A stretch of 24,000 nt of DNA, from NCBI GenBank assembly GCA_035491935.1, contig DATJJW010000061.1, positions 1-24,000 of the forward strand, written 5' to 3'. The notes beneath the pieces were generated by a model. That model was not told the origin of the DNA. It made no database searches and worked only from the letters and a program-made list of their open reading frames with translations. A program made the position numbers and the translations under genes. Positions 14,630 through 24,000 of the stretch are shown here, piece by piece. This DNA comes from Stellaceae bacterium (GTDB lineage: Bacteria; Pseudomonadota; Alphaproteobacteria; ATCC43930; CGMCC-115725). How positions within the stretch are numbered: the first letter of the stretch is position 1; each line of letters begins with the position of its first letter.

Positions 14630-15583
14630 ATGAGTGCCGTTCCCGCCATGACCAATACGCTTCGCGAGCGCGTCCGCACGCGTATTCCGTCGCTGCCGCA
14701 TTTCCTCGGGCGCGCGCGGCAGGATTGGCGCCTGGCGCTATATGATTTGCTGCCGATTGCCTCCAAGCCGCGGCAGCGCGATCTCCTCAGCCACGCCATC
14801 GCGTGGTTCCGGCCGAAGACGCGGGGTTTCAAGCCGACGCCCGGCCAGCGTTCTATCCATGACGAGCTGAGGCGGACCGGCATCAGCCGAGCGCTGCCGC
14901 CGCTCGATTCCGGGACGGTGGCGGCACTCCGGCAGTATTTCGAGCGTACGCCCTGCCATGACCCCTACCGGCCGCATCTCGGCCGTTTCCCATTCGACGC
15001 GCCGGCCAGCCCCGAGACCAATATGGGCTATTTCACCACGGCCGAGATCCTGGCGGCACCGGGCCTGCTGGCCCTGCTCAACGATCCGGACGTGCTGGCC
15101 GTGGCCGAGTTCTATCTCGGCTGCAAGCCGCTGCTCGACAATATCGGCGCCTGGTGGGCCTTTGGCGGACGCGAGGCGGCGAAGGGCACGCAGCGCTTCC
15201 ATCGCGACTTCGATTCCTTGCGCGGCTTCAAGCTGTTCATCTATCTCACCGATGTCGATGAGGGCAGCGGTCCGCATGTCTATATGAGCGGCAGCCACGT
15301 GAACCCGCTGCTCGACACCGGCAAGGCGCAGGCCGACGAGACGATCCGCCGATTGTTCGGTGCCGGCAACGAGATGGTCGTTACCGGTGCGGCCGGTACG
15401 CGTTTCATCGCCGACACCTTCGGCTTCCACAAGGGCGCGCTGCCGGCACAGGGAAGGCGGTTGATGGTGGCCGCGCAATACAATGTCCACCCCTCGCCGC
15501 ACACGCCGCGCCCGCCGGTGCTGACAGCACCGCCCGCCGGCCTGGCGCTCGATCGCGAGATCAACCGGTTGCTTCTGGCCTGA
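14630..15583 (+). CDS. Phytanoyl-CoA dioxygenase-like Fe(II)/2-oxoglutarate oxygenase
   Basis: QRFHRDFDSLRGFKLFIYLTDVDEGSGPHVYMSGSHV (HxD), and DTFGFHKGALPAQGRRLMVAAQYNV (distal His and Arg). Confidence 0.8.
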   Translation: MSAVPAMTNTLRERVRTRIPSLPHFLGRARQDWRLALYDLLPIASKPRQRDLLSHAIAWFRPKTRGFKPTPGQRSIHDELRRTGISRALPPLDSGTVAALRQYFERTPCHDPYRPHLGRFPFDAPASPETNMGYFTTAEILAAPGLLALLNDPDVLAVAEFYLGCKPLLDNIGAWWAFGGREAAKGTQRFHRDFDSLRGFKLFIYLTDVDEGSGPHVYMSGSHVNPLLDTGKAQADETIRRLFGAGNEMVVTGAAGTRFIADTFGFHKGALPAQGRRLMVAAQYNVHPSPHTPRPPVLTAPPAGLALDREINRLLLA

Positions 15584-15805
15584 CCTAGCCGTGGCAGGCG
15601 CCTGGCGCCTTCACGACCGCTTCCTTCTCCAGCCCGTTCACCGTGGCGCTGGCGCGCTCCGTCGTGCCGGCCGGAACCGACCATCTATCATCGGAACCCG
15701 GCAATTCAGCCGGAGTTCAAGTCGCCGATATAGGTATTTTAACGAATGGAGTCATAAAAGGGAAATAACGAGGCGCCGAAGTCTTGCAACCGGGAGGAGA
15801 AATCT

Positions 15806-17527
15806 ATGGTGAGTACAATAAAAATAAGAACAAAACTCCTTTTGCTTGCCACTCTTACGGGTGTTTCGTTGCTTTTGACCATCGGTATTGCTGCCAAGCT
15901 GCAGGAAAATCGCATGCTCGCCGACCGCAAGGTCGAGCTGCGGGCGATCGTCGACGCGACGTTGACGATGATGAGCGGCCTGCAAAAGCAGGAGGCGGCC
16001 GGCAAGATTTCCCATGAGGAGGCGCTGGCGCGGTTGCGCCAATATATCTATGCCACCCGCTTCGATGGCGGCGTGGGGTATGTCTTCGCCTATACGATGG
16101 ACGGCCTCTCGGTCGCCAATGGCGCCAACCCCCAGATCGAGGGAGTGCGTTTCGAGGTTACGGACCAATTCGACAGGTCACGGCCGCCGGCCAACATCTC
16201 CGAGCAGCTGCAGCGGTCGATCGCACCGCGGCTTATCGCCCTGCGCAGCCAGCAAGAGGTCGACTACCTCAGCCCGTTTCCTCGCCCGGGCCAGAAGACG
16301 CCATTGCCCAAGCTGTTCATCGCCAAGCAATTCGAGCCTTGGCACATCGCCGTCTTCACCGGGCTATGGACGGACGACATCGATGCCAGTTTCCGCCAGG
16401 CCCTGTTGGCGCTGGGTGCGATCGGCCTTGCCATCATCGTCGTGACCAACGGCATCGTCTATCTGATCAGCCGGAGCATCACGACGTCGCTCGGGCGGCT
16501 GCGGAACCGGATGACCATGCTGGCCGCCGGCGACGATACGGTCGAGATCGTCGAGGCTACGCGCGGGGACGAGATCGGCGACATGGCCAAGGCCGTGCAG
16601 GTCTTCAAGGACGGCATGATCGACGCGAAGCGGCTGCGGACGGAGCAGGAGCATGCCAAGGCTCTTGCCGAGGAGGAGAAGCGCAAAGCGCTCAACGAGC
16701 TTGCCGATGCCTTCGAGCACAGCGTCAAGGTCGAGGTCGGTCTGCTGCTTTCATCATCGAAGGAGATGCATGGGGCGGCCCAGGATCTTTCCAGAACGGC
16801 GGAAGATACGAACAAGCAAAGCGCGATCGTCGCCGCGGCGGCGGAAGAGGCCGCGGTGAATGTCCAGACGGTGGCGAGCGCCACGGAGGAACTATCTGCC
16901 TCGATCACCGAGATCGGACGCCAGGTCGAGCATTCGAGCGGTATTTCCCATGAGGCGGTGGAGCAGGCCAGCCGGACCAATGTGACGGTCGATGGCCTGG
17001 CTCAGGCCGCCCAGCGCATCGGCGAGGTCATCAAGATGATCCAGGACATCGCCGCCCAAACCAATCTGCTGGCGCTGAACGCGACGATCGAGGCGGCGCG
17101 CGCCGGGGAGGCGGGCAAGGGCTTCGCCGTCGTGGCCAGCGAGGTGAAGGCCTTGGCGGCGCAGACCTCGCGGGCGACCGAGGAGATCGCGGCGCAGATC
17201 GCCTCGATCCAAGGTGCCACCAGCGAGGTGGTGACGGCGATCGGCGGCATTGAGGAGACGATCGGCCGGATCAACGAAACCGCCAGTGCCATCGCCGCGG
17301 CGGTGAACGAGCAATCGGCCGCGACCCAGGAGATCGCCAGCAACGTGCAGCAGGTTTCGGAAGGGACCACCGAAATATCGAGCAACATCACCAGCGTCAC
17401 GGTGGCGGCCGGAGAAACCGGGCAGGCATCATCCCGGATGCTGACCGGTTCGGCAGAGCTGGCGACGCGGGCGGAAAATTTGCGCGCCCAGGTCGATCAA
17501 TTCCTGGAAGCCGTACGCGTCGCATAG
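15806..17527 (+). CDS. Methyl-accepting chemotaxis protein (Cache-type sensor, HAMP, MCP signalling domain)
   Basis: Two TM segments flank the periplasmic domain ([18 protein letters not shown]). HAMP region [25 protein letters not shown]; hairpin tip [38 protein letters not shown]. Confidence 0.96.
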   Translation: MVSTIKIRTKLLLLATLTGVSLLLTIGIAAKLQENRMLADRKVELRAIVDATLTMMSGLQKQEAAGKISHEEALARLRQYIYATRFDGGVGYVFAYTMDGLSVANGANPQIEGVRFEVTDQFDRSRPPANISEQLQRSIAPRLIALRSQQEVDYLSPFPRPGQKTPLPKLFIAKQFEPWHIAVFTGLWTDDIDASFRQALLALGAIGLAIIVVTNGIVYLISRSITTSLGRLRNRMTMLAAGDDTVEIVEATRGDEIGDMAKAVQVFKDGMIDAKRLRTEQEHAKALAEEEKRKALNELADAFEHSVKVEVGLLLSSSKEMHGAAQDLSRTAEDTNKQSAIVAAAAEEAAVNVQTVASATEELSASITEIGRQVEHSSGISHEAVEQASRTNVTVDGLAQAAQRIGEVIKMIQDIAAQTNLLALNATIEAARAGEAGKGFAVVASEVKALAAQTSRATEEIAAQIASIQGATSEVVTAIGGIEETIGRINETASAIAAAVNEQSAATQEIASNVQQVSEGTTEISSNITSVTVAAGETGQASSRMLTGSAELATRAENLRAQVDQFLEAVRVA

Positions 17528-17549
17528 GTTCGGAGGAAGCCGGCCGGAC

Positions 17550-18941
17550 CTAGGTGAGACAGGCGAGCAGCGTCCTCACATCCGCTTCCCTCTCCAGCCG
17601 GTTCACTGTGGCGATGGCACGCTCCGTCTTGTCGGCGGGCCAGCCGGCGAAGCCGGCGCAGTCGCGGAACTTGTCCTCGATTTCGGCCTGGGTCATCGGG
17701 TTGGTCTTGCTGCCCTTGCCGTAATCCAGCTTGCCACCGACCTGGCGGCCGTCCTTCAGCGCGAGATCGACGAAGGATGTGACGATGGTGTGGCCGGCCG
17801 CACGCCCTTCGGCCTCGCCGAAAGTGTCGTATTGCACGCGGCCGATGAGATCCTGGACGTCGGGCCGGCGCACGAATTCGTCGGTGAAGGATTTGAGGCC
17901 GAGTTTGCGGTCGACGGCCAGGGCCGCGACGCAGAATTCCAGGCTGAACTTCGCCTCCAGCTCGGTCTGCGGCCGGTGGTGCAGCAGCGTGCGGCTGATG
18001 TTCTCGCTGGTCTTGATGGTGATCCTGGCGATGTCCTGGGGCTTGATGTCATGCGTCTCGACCAGCGAGAGCATGAGCGTCATCGCCGGGTGGCTGAGGC
18101 TGCCGGTCGGCCACGGCTTCAGCCAGATGCCACGATCGACGAAGGCCCAGGGCTGGCCCAGGCGGTCGACGATGCGTTCGGGCTCCCAGCCGCCGCCCTC
18201 GGCCTGGAAGAAGCCACGCGGCGATTCCAGGATCGAGGCGGCGGCAGTGAAGCCCATGCGGGTAAGGTCGGCGGCGACGATGCCGGTCTCGCCGGACCGG
18301 CCGGCATGGAAGGGCTTCATCATGGTGCCGAAATTCTCGGACAGGCCGGCCGCCTGGCTGGCGGCGATGCCGAGGCAGTTGCGTATCGCGTCCGGCGGCA
18401 GGCGGTAGAGCTTGGCGACCGCGGCGGCGGCACTCAGCAGCCCGCAGGTGCCGGTCGAATGATAGCCGTTCAGGATGTGGTTCGGATGCGTCGCGTCGAA
18501 CAGCTTGCAGGCCAGCTCGGCGCCGATCTGATAGGCCAGCAGCACATCGATGCCCGAGGCGCCGCAGGATTCGCCCGCGGCCAGCAGCGCGCTCAGCACT
18601 GCGGCGGTCGGGTGAATGCCCTGGAATTTGCCGGTCGCCGCCTGCTGCGTGTCGTCGTAGTCATCGACATGCATCGCGGTGCCGTTGATCAGCGCGGCAA
18701 AGCGCGGCGGCAGCTTGGCGCCGCCGCCGAGCACCGAGGCGGTGGGGCCCGTCACGCCCTCGAAGGGCTGCACGTACCGGCGCAGGATGTCGACGGTTGG
18801 GGTGTGGGCGCCGGCAAGCGCGCAGCCCAAGGCATCGAGGATGGAGGCCTTGCCGAGCCGTGCGACCTCCGCGGGCACGTCGTCATAGCGGGTCTTGTGG
18901 ATGAAATCCGCGACATAGGCCGTCAGACCGAATTGCGACAT
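17550..18941 (-). CDS. MmgE/PrpD family protein (copy B)
   Basis: KASILDALGCALAGAHTP, GYHSTGTCGLLSAAAAVAKLYRLPPDAIRNCLGIAASQAAGL, MTRMGFTAAASILESPRGFF. Confidence 0.92.
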   Translation of the reverse strand: MSQFGLTAYVADFIHKTRYDDVPAEVARLGKASILDALGCALAGAHTPTVDILRRYVQPFEGVTGPTASVLGGGAKLPPRFAALINGTAMHVDDYDDTQQAATGKFQGIHPTAAVLSALLAAGESCGASGIDVLLAYQIGAELACKLFDATHPNHILNGYHSTGTCGLLSAAAAVAKLYRLPPDAIRNCLGIAASQAAGLSENFGTMMKPFHAGRSGETGIVAADLTRMGFTAAASILESPRGFFQAEGGGWEPERIVDRLGQPWAFVDRGIWLKPWPTGSLSHPAMTLMLSLVETHDIKPQDIARITIKTSENISRTLLHHRPQTELEAKFSLEFCVAALAVDRKLGLKSFTDEFVRRPDVQDLIGRVQYDTFGEAEGRAAGHTIVTSFVDLALKDGRQVGGKLDYGKGSKTNPMTQAEIEDKFRDCAGFAGWPADKTERAIATVNRLEREADVRTLLACLT

Positions 18942-18944
18942 GGC

Positions 18945-20342
18945 TCAGGCCCTCATTGCGTTGACGATGTCACGGATTGTCGTGCCTTCCAGGCCGCGAA
19001 CCAATTCGATGATCCGTTCGGCGCCGGATGCCCGCAGATGGTCGGTCATCAGCTTGCGCGCCTTGTGCTCGACCTCGTCGCGGGTCATCGGATTGTCCGG
19101 CGTGCCGCGCACCGCGCCGGTATGGTGCGAGAAGATGCGGCCGTCATGAGTCGTTACCTCCACCGTCGCCTGGCGTGGCGGTGGCGTGCGCGTCATCTCG
19201 GCGCTGGGCACCATCTCGATCTTGGCGCGCACGGCCAGCACCTCCGGGTCCTGCATGCGCGCATAGTCATGCGAGGAGCGGAGCGTCACGTCGCCATCGA
19301 CCCACATCAGCGCGACCAGATGCTGCATGCAGATTTCCGGCATGTGGCGGTTGCTGATGATCTTGGTTTCCTTGTCCGGCATGATGACGCGGATCCTGGC
19401 GAGATCCTTCGGCCGCAACCCGTGCTCGCTACGCAGCGCCAGCGAGGAATCGATCGTCGCCTGGATCGGAGATCCCACCGTCCATTTCTTTATCATGGCG
19501 CGCATGATCTCGAAGTCGTGGCCCAGGCCGCGGACCATCTCGGCCCGGTTGGGCTCGGGCGAGTAGCAGTCGAAGAAATTATGCTGGCCGTGGAAGGGAT
19601 CGCTGCCGCCGGTGAAGCCCGCCGCGACCATCGAGGCGGCGGCCGCGGCATTGCGCGCCGGGTTGCCGCCGAAGACGAAGCCTTTCTCGAAATGCTCGGG
19701 ATCGCGCATCCAACAGGTGACGCCGGCCGCCTGTTGGACCGCGAAGGAGAGCGCATAGCGCACCCGGCGCGGCTCGAAACCGTAAAGCGCGCTGCAGCCG
19801 GCCGTGCCGCCGAACAGGCCGCCGATGCTGTGCGGGCTGTGGAAGGCATTGTCGAGCAGCGCCTCGTCCAGCGCCATGGTCAGGCGGCAGCCGATATCGT
19901 AGCCCAGCACGATGGCCTTGAGGAAAGCCTCGCCACCGACATTGAGATTTTCGCCGATCGCCAGGATCGGCGGCAGGATGGCGCAACCCGGGTGCATGCG
20001 GGCGAGGTAATGCGAATCATCGGTCTCGCCGCCGCCGGCCAGCATGCCGTTGGCGAAGGCGGCATTGACCACCGAGGTCTTGAGGCCGGTGATGCCGATG
20101 CCGGCGTCGGGATTGCCGCCCAGTGACCGGACGTAGTCCAGCGCCACCCGGCCGGGCTTGAGATCGCGGCCGACCACGATGGCGGCCAGCGTATCGAGGA
20201 TGTGGTGCTTCGCCTTCTCGACCACCTCGGCCGGCAAGGCAAGTTGCTGCGAGCGGGCGATGTAGCCGCTCAGCTCGGCCATCATCGGCTCGATGTCGTC
20301 GGCGACGTCGTGCAGTGTTTCGCTTTGCGGTTCGTCGATCAT
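18945..20342 (-). CDS. MmgE/PrpD family protein (copy A)
   Basis: KAKHHILDTLAAIVVGRDLKPG, FHSPHSIGGLFGGTAGCSALYGFEPRRVRYALSFAVQQAAGVTCWMRD. Only 3 nt separate its stop from the start of copy B. Confidence 0.92.
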   Translation of the reverse strand: MIDEPQSETLHDVADDIEPMMAELSGYIARSQQLALPAEVVEKAKHHILDTLAAIVVGRDLKPGRVALDYVRSLGGNPDAGIGITGLKTSVVNAAFANGMLAGGGETDDSHYLARMHPGCAILPPILAIGENLNVGGEAFLKAIVLGYDIGCRLTMALDEALLDNAFHSPHSIGGLFGGTAGCSALYGFEPRRVRYALSFAVQQAAGVTCWMRDPEHFEKGFVFGGNPARNAAAAASMVAAGFTGGSDPFHGQHNFFDCYSPEPNRAEMVRGLGHDFEIMRAMIKKWTVGSPIQATIDSSLALRSEHGLRPKDLARIRVIMPDKETKIISNRHMPEICMQHLVALMWVDGDVTLRSSHDYARMQDPEVLAVRAKIEMVPSAEMTRTPPPRQATVEVTTHDGRIFSHHTGAVRGTPDNPMTRDEVEHKARKLMTDHLRASGAERIIELVRGLEGTTIRDIVNAMRA

Positions 20343-20375
20343 GAACGGACTCCCGGAAGCTGATGTCTAAGTCGG

Positions 20376-21689
20376 CTATTCCTTGGGCATGGTGAAGCGC
20401 AGGGAGGCGGAGAGCAGGCCGGAGATGACCAGCACGCCGGCCATGATGGCGAGGCCGCCATTGAAGGAGCCGGTGGTGGTCCTGAGCCAGCCCAGCGCCA
20501 CCGGCCCCAGGAAGCCGCCCAGCGTGCCGATGGTGTTGATGAAGGCGATGCCGCCGGCCGCGCCTCTGCCCTGCAGGATGCGCGGCGGGATGGTCCAGAA
20601 TAGGCCGCGCGTCGTGGTGATGCCGATGACGGCCAGCGTCAGCCCGGTATATCCGATGTAGCTGAACGCCTGCTGGTGGGTGACGAGCGAGAGGAAGAAG
20701 CCGCCGGCGCCGAGGAAGCAGGCGACGACCAGATTGGCGATCCGCTTGCCGGTACGGTCCACCAGCCGGGCCCAGCAGACCAGCGCCACGCAGCCGAGCA
20801 GGAAGGGCAGCGACGACAGCAGGCTCGCGGCGGCATTGCCGAGGCCACGGCCTCGGAGCATCAAGGGCAACCATACCGCCAGGCCGTAGGATCCCAGCAG
20901 GAAGCCGAATTGGATGCCGGCACAGACCAGTACGCGGATGTCCCTGACGGCCATCCACATGCTCTCGATCGGCCGGTCGCGGTCCTCGGCGGCCAAGACA
21001 CCGGTGACCAGATCGCGCTCGCGCGGCGTCAGCCATGTCGCCTTTTGCGGCCCGTCGGCGATGACCCAGGGCAAGGCGATGCCCAGGAGGACGCATGGTA
21101 CGCCTTCGATGATGAACATCCATTGCCAGCCGGCGAGGCCGAGAAAGCCGTTCATCGGCAGGATCGCGGCCGCCAGCGGCCCGCTCAGCAGCGACGCCAC
21201 CGGCGACGACAGCAACGACCAGGCGAAGATCTGCGTCCGGTAATGCGCCGGGAACCAGCAGGCGAAGACGTAGATGATGCCAGGGAAATATCCGGCCTCC
21301 GCCACGCCCAGGAAGAAGCGCAGGATGATGAAGCTGTAGGGGCCGGTGACGAAGGCGGTGCCGGCGGAGAGCAGGCCCCAGGTGATCATGATGCGCGTCA
21401 GCCAGATGCGCGCGCCAAAACGATAGAGCAGGATATTGCTGGGGATTTCGAGGAAGCTGTAGCTGGCGAACAGCACACCGGCGCCCCAGCCGAACTCCCT
21501 GGCGGTCATGCCGAGGTCGCGGTTCATCGTCAGCGCGGCGAAGCCGACATTGGTGCGGTCCATATTGTTGAGCAGCAGGGCCACGGTCAGGATCGGGACG
21601 ATCCGCCAGATGACCTTGCGGAACGCAGCCGTTTCTTCCGCATTCCTGCCGATGGCCGAGGTGGGCGCGGCGGCCAAGTTCGGAATCAT
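20376..21689 (-). CDS. MFS transporter, anion:cation symporter (ACS)-like family
   Basis: LLNNMDRTNVGFAALTMNRDLGMTAREFGWGAGVLFASYSFLEIPSNILLYRFGARIWLTRIMITWGLLSAGTAFV; 12-TM pattern. Confidence 0.93.
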   Translation of the reverse strand: MIPNLAAAPTSAIGRNAEETAAFRKVIWRIVPILTVALLLNNMDRTNVGFAALTMNRDLGMTAREFGWGAGVLFASYSFLEIPSNILLYRFGARIWLTRIMITWGLLSAGTAFVTGPYSFIILRFFLGVAEAGYFPGIIYVFACWFPAHYRTQIFAWSLLSSPVASLLSGPLAAAILPMNGFLGLAGWQWMFIIEGVPCVLLGIALPWVIADGPQKATWLTPRERDLVTGVLAAEDRDRPIESMWMAVRDIRVLVCAGIQFGFLLGSYGLAVWLPLMLRGRGLGNAAASLLSSLPFLLGCVALVCWARLVDRTGKRIANLVVACFLGAGGFFLSLVTHQQAFSYIGYTGLTLAVIGITTTRGLFWTIPPRILQGRGAAGGIAFINTIGTLGGFLGPVALGWLRTTTGSFNGGLAIMAGVLVISGLLSASLRFTMPKE

Positions 21690-21779
21690 GCATCCCTCCT
21701 GTTCCGCTATTCTTGTTGTCGTGGACGTCCGCCGCGGATGTCGCGAGAATCGGCGTCACATCTCGAATATGCGTGGGGG

Positions 21780-23534
21780 TTACCGCTCGAAATGGGTGGC
21801 CGAGCGACCGAAAAGCCGGCGCACGATGATGATGACCGTCAGCGACACCGCGACCAAGGTCAGCGACAGCACCGCGACCGAGGAGAAATCGGCTTCCTGC
21901 CACCGCTCGACCAGGCTGACCGAGATGGTCTCGGTGCCGGGCACGAACAGGAAGATCGATGCGGAGAGCTCGCGGATCATCGACACGAACATGAGCATCC
22001 AACCGGCCAGCACGCCGGAGCGGACCAGCGGAAACAGCACGTCACGGAAGCTGGCGATCTCGTTGGCGCCGCAAACGGAGGCCGCGCGCTCGAATTCGAC
22101 GCTGACCTGCCGCACGGAGCTCCCGATCGTCCGCACGCCATAGGGGATGTAATGCGTCATATAGGCGAGGAGCAGGATCCAGAGCGTGCCATAGAGCTGG
22201 AAGGGCGGATGGATATAGGCCCAGAGCATGGCGACGGCCATGACCGGGCCGGGCATCATCAGCGGGATCGAGGTGAGGATGTCGAGCACCTGGCCCGCAA
22301 AGGCCCGGGCGCGCACGATGACGAAGCTGACCAACAGGGTCAGCAACGTGGCGAGCGTGGCGCCGCCCAGGGCCAGGATGAGGCTGTGGGTGAAGCCCGA
22401 CGCCGCGTCGAGATCGGGCGAGAAGGTGGCCGCAAAGTGGCGCAGGGTCAGATTGGCGAGGCTGGGCGTCTCACCCCAGCGGCGGATGAACGCCGCGTAG
22501 ATCAGCACGGCATAGGGCAGCACCACCGCCAACAGAATGTAGGTCAGGGCATAGGCGAGCGTGACGTAGCGCCAGATGCCCAGCTTCATCCGGCGCGGCG
22601 GGTGGCCCTTGCCGGAGATGGTGGTGAATTTCTGCCGTCCGCCCAGCAGCCGCGCCTGCAGCCACAACCCGATGCCGGTCGCCGCCATGATGAAGCTGGC
22701 CAGCAATGCGGCGATCTCGTAGCGCGGCGGCGTATAGCTGATCGCCTGATAGAAGATGTAGGTCGTGATCGTGTAGATGCCGGATGGCGTGCCGAGGATG
22801 CCGGGAATGGCGAATTCCTCCAGCGCCCGCGTGAACACCAGGATCGCCGCCGAGAGGATGCCGGGCATGCAGATCGGCAGCACGATATGGCGCATGGTGC
22901 GCCAGATGCCGCCGCCGGCGATCAGCGACGCTTCCTCCAGGCTGGCATCCATCCTGTCCATGACCGCCTTGACCGTCAGGAAGACGTAAGGGCTGAGATA
23001 GAGCCCCATGACGAAGATCAGCCCGGGCATCGAATAGATGTTCGTGACCGGCCCATGGGCGCCCAGATAGCGGGCGACCTCGTTGATCACGCCGGTACGG
23101 GGTGCTGCCAGCAGCGACCAGGCGACGGCGCCGATCAGCGGCGGCGTGATGAAGGGCAGCAGGGCGGCCAGCTCGATCACGCCGCGCAGGGGCGTATTGG
23201 TCCGCGAGGTGATCCAGACCAGGGGCATCGCGATCAGGAAGGCGGCCGGCACCGTGCCGATCATGATGATCAGCGTGTTCCAGAAGGCACGGGCCAGGCC
23301 CGGCATGTGCCAGAATTCATTCAACGCCTGGGCGAAACCGCCCTGGCCGTAGATGAAGGCGCCATAGAACAGCCAGAACACCGGGTAGAGGACGAGGAAG
23401 CTCGTGGTCAGCACGGCGACGGTGATGATCAGGGTTGCCGGATCGCGCAGCTTCCCGACCGTCCGCAGCAGCCAAGGTTTCACCTTGGGCGCCGTCGCGT
23501 TGGGCGTGAGGGCGGCGGCCATGATGCGATTCAT
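21780..23534 (-). CDS. Two-domain ABC transporter permease (iron/phosphonate FbpB-like, PotB/PotC-type)
   Basis: Two EAA-like loops: EEASLIAGGGIWRTMRHIVLPICMPGI and ERAASVCGANEIASFRDVLFPLVRSGV. Start refined to ATG 23534, which overlaps the ATPase stop codon (ATGA coupling). Confidence 0.9.
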   Translation of the reverse strand: MNRIMAAALTPNATAPKVKPWLLRTVGKLRDPATLIITVAVLTTSFLVLYPVFWLFYGAFIYGQGGFAQALNEFWHMPGLARAFWNTLIIMIGTVPAAFLIAMPLVWITSRTNTPLRGVIELAALLPFITPPLIGAVAWSLLAAPRTGVINEVARYLGAHGPVTNIYSMPGLIFVMGLYLSPYVFLTVKAVMDRMDASLEEASLIAGGGIWRTMRHIVLPICMPGILSAAILVFTRALEEFAIPGILGTPSGIYTITTYIFYQAISYTPPRYEIAALLASFIMAATGIGLWLQARLLGGRQKFTTISGKGHPPRRMKLGIWRYVTLAYALTYILLAVVLPYAVLIYAAFIRRWGETPSLANLTLRHFAATFSPDLDAASGFTHSLILALGGATLATLLTLLVSFVIVRARAFAGQVLDILTSIPLMMPGPVMAVAMLWAYIHPPFQLYGTLWILLLAYMTHYIPYGVRTIGSSVRQVSVEFERAASVCGANEIASFRDVLFPLVRSGVLAGWMLMFVSMIRELSASIFLFVPGTETISVSLVERWQEADFSSVAVLSLTLVAVSLTVIIIVRRLFGRSATHFER

Positions 23535-24000
23535 TGCATCGTCCCGCGGCGTGGCGTCGTCTCGCAACTGGGTATCGCTTCACCGCTGGGCAGCGTCTCG
23601 TGGCCGGCGATGAAATAGCAATGCTCGGGATCGAATTCGATCGCGACCGTATCGCCGACGGCGAAGGGGTGCAGCGCCGGCTGATGGGCCTCCAGGCGCC
23701 GGCCGTCGCCCAGCCTCAGCTCGTAATGGCAGGTTTCGCCAAGATAGGTCGCGATGCTGACATGGGCGGAGAGCGTTCCTTCCGGTGTCCGGCCATCCCG
23801 CCACGGCGCCAGACGGATGCCCTCGGGGCGGATCGACAACGATCCGACCGCGCCCGCGGCATATCCCGGCGCTCGGCAGCATATCGTCGCGATGATGCCC
23901 GCCACCTGGACCCGCGGATGAGGCGAGCCGTCGATCAGGGCCGCATTCAGCAGGTTGGTCTTGCCGATGAAGCTCGCGACGCGGATATCCGCCGGCTCTT
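23531..24000 (-). CDS. ABC transporter ATP-binding protein, C-terminal TOBE portion (5' part outside window)
   Basis: The frame is open to the window edge: EPADIRVASFIGKTNLLNAALIDG...SLSIRPEGIRLAPW...STYLGETCHYELRLGDGRRLEAHQ. The tool ORF start at 23905 is internal. Confidence 0.85.
   Translation of the reverse strand, partial: EPADIRVASFIGKTNLLNAALIDGSPHPRVQVAGIIATICCRAPGYAAGAVGSLSIRPEGIRLAPWRDGRTPEGTLSAHVSIATYLGETCHYELRLGDGRRLEAHQPALHPFAVGDTVAIEFDPEHCYFIAGHETLPSGEAIPSCETTPRRGTMQ

Noticed and set aside
17790-20126. 778-aa plus-strand ORF opposite the two MmgE/PrpD genes
   Set aside because: Spans the junction of two clear minus-strand genes. Low-complexity R/G/A/D composition; antisense artefact of high GC3.
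20017-22002. 661-aa minus-strand ORF in an alternate frame over MmgE/PrpD, MFS and permease
   Set aside because: Frame-shifted shadow of well-supported genes, with no coherent protein features.
20676-23618. 980-aa plus-strand ORF opposite the MFS and ABC permease genes
   Set aside because: Composition (Arg/Gly/Asp/Gln/His-rich, no domain-like segments) is typical of shadow ORFs antisense to high-GC genes. It lies across two well-supported genes and their intergenic gap.

Overview
High-GC, probably alphaproteobacterial chromosomal window. The taxon is inferred from composition and gene content, not searched. Left edge: an endonuclease/exonuclease/phosphatase tail, a small Gly/Tyr-rich lipoprotein, and a DUF3311 + sodium:solute symporter pair. 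Right half: a LysR regulator, ketopantoate reductase-like protein, a mandelate racemase-like enolase, a PhyH-type dioxygenase and an MCP. These are followed by a minus-strand cluster of ABC ATPase, two-domain ABC permease, MFS transporter and two MmgE/PrpD proteins. The most interesting region is about 2.95-10.5 kb. I read it as a divergent functional-amyloid (Fap-like) export locus. It contains (i) a sensor-less sigma54 enhancer-binding protein gene; (ii) a textbook -24/-12 promoter (CTGGCATATCCCTTGCT); (iii) a secreted protein with four imperfect GSF-x-G-x2-GV-x4-QNAGANSLLQN repeats and two CxC motifs (FapC-like); (iv) a small secreted protein with one related repeat (FapB-like); (v) a periplasmic C39-type cysteine peptidase (FapD-like); (vi) secreted proteins of unknown function, one with an internal IRGG double-glycine motif; (vii) a coiled-coil plus beta-barrel outer-membrane protein (FapF-like); and (viii) a receiver-only response regulator. 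Perfect CtrA-like boxes (TTAA-N7-TTAAC) lie upstream of both the regulator gene and the structural operon, and two strong hairpins separate the main structural gene from the rest. No CRISPR array, tRNA, rRNA or mobile element was recognised.
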